Notes under the pieces: model-generated | The model's database searches: none | The model's input: only the letters and a program-made list of their open reading frames with translations | What the model was told of the DNA's origin: nothing | Shown: positions 59,572 to 64,000 of the stretch, piece after piece | Numbering within the stretch: position 1 is the stretch's first letter | Layout of the letters: the number at the start of each line of letters is the position of its first letter | Translations under genes and position numbers: made by a program | Source of the DNA: Azolla caroliniana | Lineage: Eukaryota > Plantae > Polypodiophyta | Direction: 5' to 3' | Assembly: GCA_043228905.1 (NCBI GenBank) | Contig: JBHGNT010000011.1 | Span: forward strand, 7,378,001-7,442,000 | DNA: 64,000 bases

Positions 59572-62500
59572 TCATTTCCATCCAAATCTCTTGAAGAGAA
59601 GCGGGAGGTCAAAGGGTTTCGATGTGGATGTGGCCCGTGGCCCCAATGTAAAAGGTACCCCAACCATAGCTTCTAGGCATCGTAGCTCACGTTCCCTTAT
59701 CTTCTTAATCCTTTCTACTCTGTGTTGACTTGTTTTGAAGTCCAACATCCGAGGGCATTTGGTTGTTCTTTGCGTTTCGGCTTCCTCAAGAGAGAGGCAG
59801 AGCGACGTAACTGTTTCCACATTCATCGTCTCCCCTTGTTCCTGAAAAATTACACTAGTTACAAGTTGATAAATAGTAAAAGGGCTATGGTTAACACTTT
59901 GTAATTTATTCTCCCTATGTTGTTTTAGCTCTAAGATATACCTACCTAGTCTCTTTACATCCGGGGTATCTAATAGTTTGGAGAGGGTGGGAGAGGGTCC
60001 TAATATGTCTTGGTATTCCACTCGTATCTCGGCATAAGTTGGGCACTTGCATGTGAAGTGATACTCATCCTCTATCTCTATGTGGCACAACCTACATAGC
60101 CTTTCCTCTCTAGGGACTCTATTAGCCCGGCCATTCTCAATCTCAAGTTGGTGAGATGATATCCTAAGTTGTCCAATGGCCACCCTTAGTGCATTTAATA
60201 AGAATGTATCTAGATATCTTGGTTGTGTAATAAAACCTAACTGAGAGAAGTGCAAGAAGTGTTCCTTATAGTACAACATTTTAGATGGGAGTGGCTCTCG
60301 TGTGGTGATCCATTTATATCGACTGTAAATTTGCCATATTTCTTGGCGTATCACTTTATTACGGTCTTGATGAGATATTAGAGTTTGGTCAGTCCCATGG
60401 TTATACTGAAGGGGGGGTAGGTTATTAATGTCTATGTCGTTTGCAAGTAACCAACTCACCACAGTGCTATACCAAGAGCTAGTGTCTCCAGATGCATGTA
60501 GGGATCGAGATGCCTCAAAGGCTTGACGGGATATCCTATCTTGTTGTGGTTGGCTATGTATCCGATGAATTAAAACTACCACTTGAAACAGTGCTTCTAC
60601 TAACATCGGGGGCAGACTGAACTCTGCTCTAATAATGTCATGTGGTACTGTCGATTTGCTTCGGAGTTGACGTGATAACATCGTCACCAAAGGTGTCTCT
60701 AATTGCGTCCACATGAAAGATGGTAGACCTTGAGCCCATACTACTGATGCATACATGAGGGAAGGGGTCACTAATGAGTCGAAGAGCCATCCCTTAATCC
60801 ATGGCTCTTGAAAGTATGCTTGGTGTGATTGTCTCTATAAGAGTGAGAGGGATGCATACCCTCTTGTTAGCTTATCTTTGGCTTCCTGGGTCATCCAGAA
60901 TTTACCTGAGCAAGCACTAAAAGTGACTCCCAAGTATACATATGATCCAACTACCTCAACTAGTTTATGAGAGAGGATTAGGTGACATTTACTCCTAACT
61001 CGGGACGATGTATGAAAGATAAGGACTTTAGTTTTCGCTAGATTCACTACCAGTCCTTGTTGTGTACAAAAGTCATCTAGGGCATTATGATGCTTTTGTA
61101 GGTCGTGTTCCGACTCCGAGAGCAAGACAATGTCGTTTGCGTAGAGTAAGAGACTAACTTGCATATCGCCAATAGCTACTCCCTTGCTTCCCTTACGAGC
61201 AATAAAATCAGTGATCTCATCAATGTAGATCCCAAAAAGAGTCGGTGATAGGGGGCAACCCTGTTTTACACCAATGGTGGTAGTGAAACAATCGGATAGG
61301 CCACCTGGGCATCTTACGGACCTAGAGACTTTGCTCATATAGGGCATAAATGGCCCAGATCATGCCATTTGGTATCTCCAAGATCTTAAGTCTATCAAAC
61401 AACTTCTCCCTAGGAACTGTGTCAAAGGCTTTGGGGAAGTCCACAAAGCAACAATATAGTTTCTTCTTACGAACTTTCGTCTGGTCAATTAAGCACCTAA
61501 GTGTGAAGATATGGTCAATAGTGGAGAAGGCTTGACTAAAGCTAGCTTGCTCAGGTGCTCGAAGACTTATGTTTCCATATAATCGTTGAGCTCCGCTTCC
61601 ATTACCGCACCATATAGTTTAGCGAGTGTATGACCTATCATAATGGTCCTATATGTATTTGCGTCCATTGGGTCCCCTCCTTTATGTATAGGGCCCGATG
61701 TGTTCATGGTCCATTGTGGTGGAAAACCCTCGGCGAGGGGGCGGTTGAAGATTAGAGTGAGAAAGGGGGCTAGGCACTATCGAGCATATATGATGTGCTC
61801 GACGCGCAATCCTGTGTGGTCCATGGATTTCCTATGTTAGTAATTTTTTTATGACCTTCGTGACCCTAGAGGTCATGAAAAGTGTCCCCATGTTAGGTAG
61901 GGGTGTGGAAGGCATTGGGATGGGTGGTTGGTTCGGGACATGGTAGAGTCTCTCGATATATGTGTGCCAAATATTGGGATCCTTGATGAGTGTTTGTGGT
62001 CGCAGTTCTCGTAGTCTCTTCCATGCAAGGGCGCAATCCCTACTTATGAGCATATGGTAGAGTTCCCAATATTGGGATGCTTCCCAAGCTCGTCTTTTAC
62101 AACGTGTCATCTTGCACATCTCTTTCCAAGCATGTACTGAGGAAATAGTACCACTAAGTCGTGACACTTTAAGTTGTCTATACAACTCTCTACAATCCTT
62201 GTCATACCACTTGTTCTGTGGCATAGACCCTATTCTACTATGATTGGAGTGTTTCGTGTATGGGAAGGTACTAATTGCTACTGAGTGAAGGGTGTGTGTG
62301 AGTTCTATAGTGAGGTTCTCTAAAGGCAAGGAAGAATCAAAAGAGGAGAGATGGGCTTGAACATGTCAAGAGTAGATGTTAGCGAGCTCATGCGTGAAAT
62401 GTATAATGGTGTGATGGTTTGGTTGACTAGAGTTGGTGGCGTGGGAGGTGTCACATTTTAGCTGAAAGTATAGGAAGTTATGGTCTACACCAATGGGGCA

Positions 62501-63284
62501 TGGGGTCACCTGGAAGGAGTTAACCATGTGGGTAGCTTTAGGGCGTCCTATTAGGTAATCAACTGTGTTTTCCCCTCCTCCATATGGGAAACAAGTGAGC
62601 GCTTCCAAGCCCGACCACTTGGCTAAGCCATTATATATGATCATCTGGTGCCGGCTTCCAAGTTCAAGCAGATGATGGCCAGAGCTTGTGGCGTCCGCAC
62701 CTTGATCGTTTGATGTACGCATTATGTCTAAGTCTAAAGGGTTGACATTCACCATTTTGAGGTTTCTATCCATCTAAAATATTGTGGATTGTCGGGATTT
62801 GGTTCTCGCATTGAAATCTCCTACAAGGAAGACTTCCCCTTGAGACGAATATCGGATTATGTCATCCGATAAAGGTTCGTATGGAGAAGGCCCATGCGGC
62901 GTTCCTTCATCAACTATACTCACCTCTCCAACCATATTATACTGGGATCCTTTCGGGGGGAAGTAACACACGACGATAAATATCGTTTGATCCTTGCTAG
63001 TGAGGACTTTCACCCACATAAAACGGGCTTCTAGGTCTTTCTTTAGTATTTCTATCCTGTTATGTATCTCTCTCCGAAATAGTATTGCAACCCCTCCAGA
63101 CCCTCTAGTAGTATGTCAACGTGAGGTTTGTCTAAAGACAAATTCCCAACAAAAACCGTCAACTCGTGGCAGTCCTCGATTTGGGCTCTGATGTGTTTCT
63201 ACTAAAAAAAGTATGGTAGATACCTTCAAAATCTCCTCTAGAAGGCCAGGGTGTGTCCACACCGTTACAGTTCCATAAAGTCAT
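59572..63284 (-). pseudogene. LINE ORF2 (AP endonuclease, reverse transcriptase, CCHC region) with stops and frameshifts
   Basis: MTLWNCNG; VCYFPP; LVGDFNAR; TVDYLI..VDH; GVKQGCPLSPTLF; LLYANDIVLL; YVYLGV. Confidence 0.85.
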
Positions 63285-63320
63285 CCTAAGTTTATTGTCT
63301 GTCACAAGGACCACACGCCG

Positions 63321-64000
63321 TCAATTGGCGACACGATCATTTATTATCACACGTCCGCCTCCGTAAAAAGCATGATGCCCCTCTTTACGAGCTTGTATGA
63401 CTTGCGACATACAAGTTTTACGATGCTCAATTTGCATCTTGGTTAGGTCTTCAACAAGGTAGATAGGGTCCCCCACCCAATCCTTGAAGAATTGGTCTCT
63501 TTTTAAAAAATGCGATTCTAGATTCTGAGTCCTTAAACTGAAGGACCAAAGCTCTTTTCCTAGTGGTGTCACGTCCTACCCTCCAAGTTTTCATGATTGG
63601 TAGGGCTTCGTACCCCAACATTTTCCCTAATGTTTGTGCATCTTCGTCAGGAGATGCCCCTTCCTCGAGCCCAATAACTCGTACATTTAGGCGTCGAGCT
63701 TGACGCATTTTTTCCTCCTCAAGGATAGTGTTTATAATATTTTCATCCTTTAGTTCCTTTTTAATATTACTTTTTACTACATCAACCCACCTAGTTTTTG
63801 CTAATTCCATATCGCTTTTAACCTCTTCCTTAAACTTTTTTATCGCATCCTTAATATCCTCTAGGGAAGATATTTCACCATCTTCCGTAGATGGTGAAAG
63901 GTCCTTAACTTGTTTATAAAGGTTCGTGTTGTCTACTTTAAGTTTCGTTATTTCAACAATAAGCACTTCTTTTTCTTCCTTATCTTTTTGTTTTTCAGCC
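63321..64000 (-). pseudogene. LINE ORF1 (coiled coil plus RRM/CTD-like), frameshifted near 63480
   Basis: RRLNVRVIGLEE..WRVGR..RALVLQF..PIYLVEDLT..ARKEG. Confidence 0.75.

Larger units (their letters stand above)
59360..64000 (-). mobile_element. RTEX-like non-LTR retrotransposon (LINE), degenerate; 5' end outside the window
   Basis: ORF1, APE, RT and C-terminal LRISSHQLEIENGR..PREERLCRLC..EDEYHF..CP.Y; the 3' end has (TTTC)n abutting (TA)n. Confidence 0.82.

Overview
Eukaryotic land-plant genomic DNA; the element spectrum suggests a moss or other seed-free plant (inference). The only host gene I can support is the 3' half of PEX10 (six GT-AG exons, 20-1317, +). It is followed by a non-autonomous hAT-like element that carries an L1 fragment, then a ~52 kb pile of nested LTR retrotransposons (~4676-57125) whose insertion order resolves from target-site duplications (TSDs), and finally an RTEX-type LINE running off the right edge. 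Nesting: copia A (-) contains copia B (5761-11627), copia C (12659-46781), gypsy G3 (48821-54384) and the start of copia F (54440). C contains gypsy G1 (17430-40189) and intact Tork-like copia E2 (40651-46263). G1 contains two nested solo LTRs (17753-18964) and gypsy G2 (19183-31829), which contains copia E1 (22453-28015). Four observations stand out. (1) G3 is flanked by ~490-bp INVERTED LTRs, with a tRNA-Arg primer-binding sequence inside each arm and a clean 5-bp TSD. (2) Its relative G1 has an inward-facing second PBS-like (tRNA 3'-end-like) sequence where the polypurine tract (PPT) should be. (3) G2 has a canonical -1 ribosomal frameshift cassette (G GAU UUU plus pseudoknot) placed after the protease. 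(4) Copia A/B/C/F all carry a PPT copy at the RNase H end followed by an in-frame charged extension; A, B and C repeat that PPT at the 3' LTR. All alignments and identities were judged by eye; no database searches were run.
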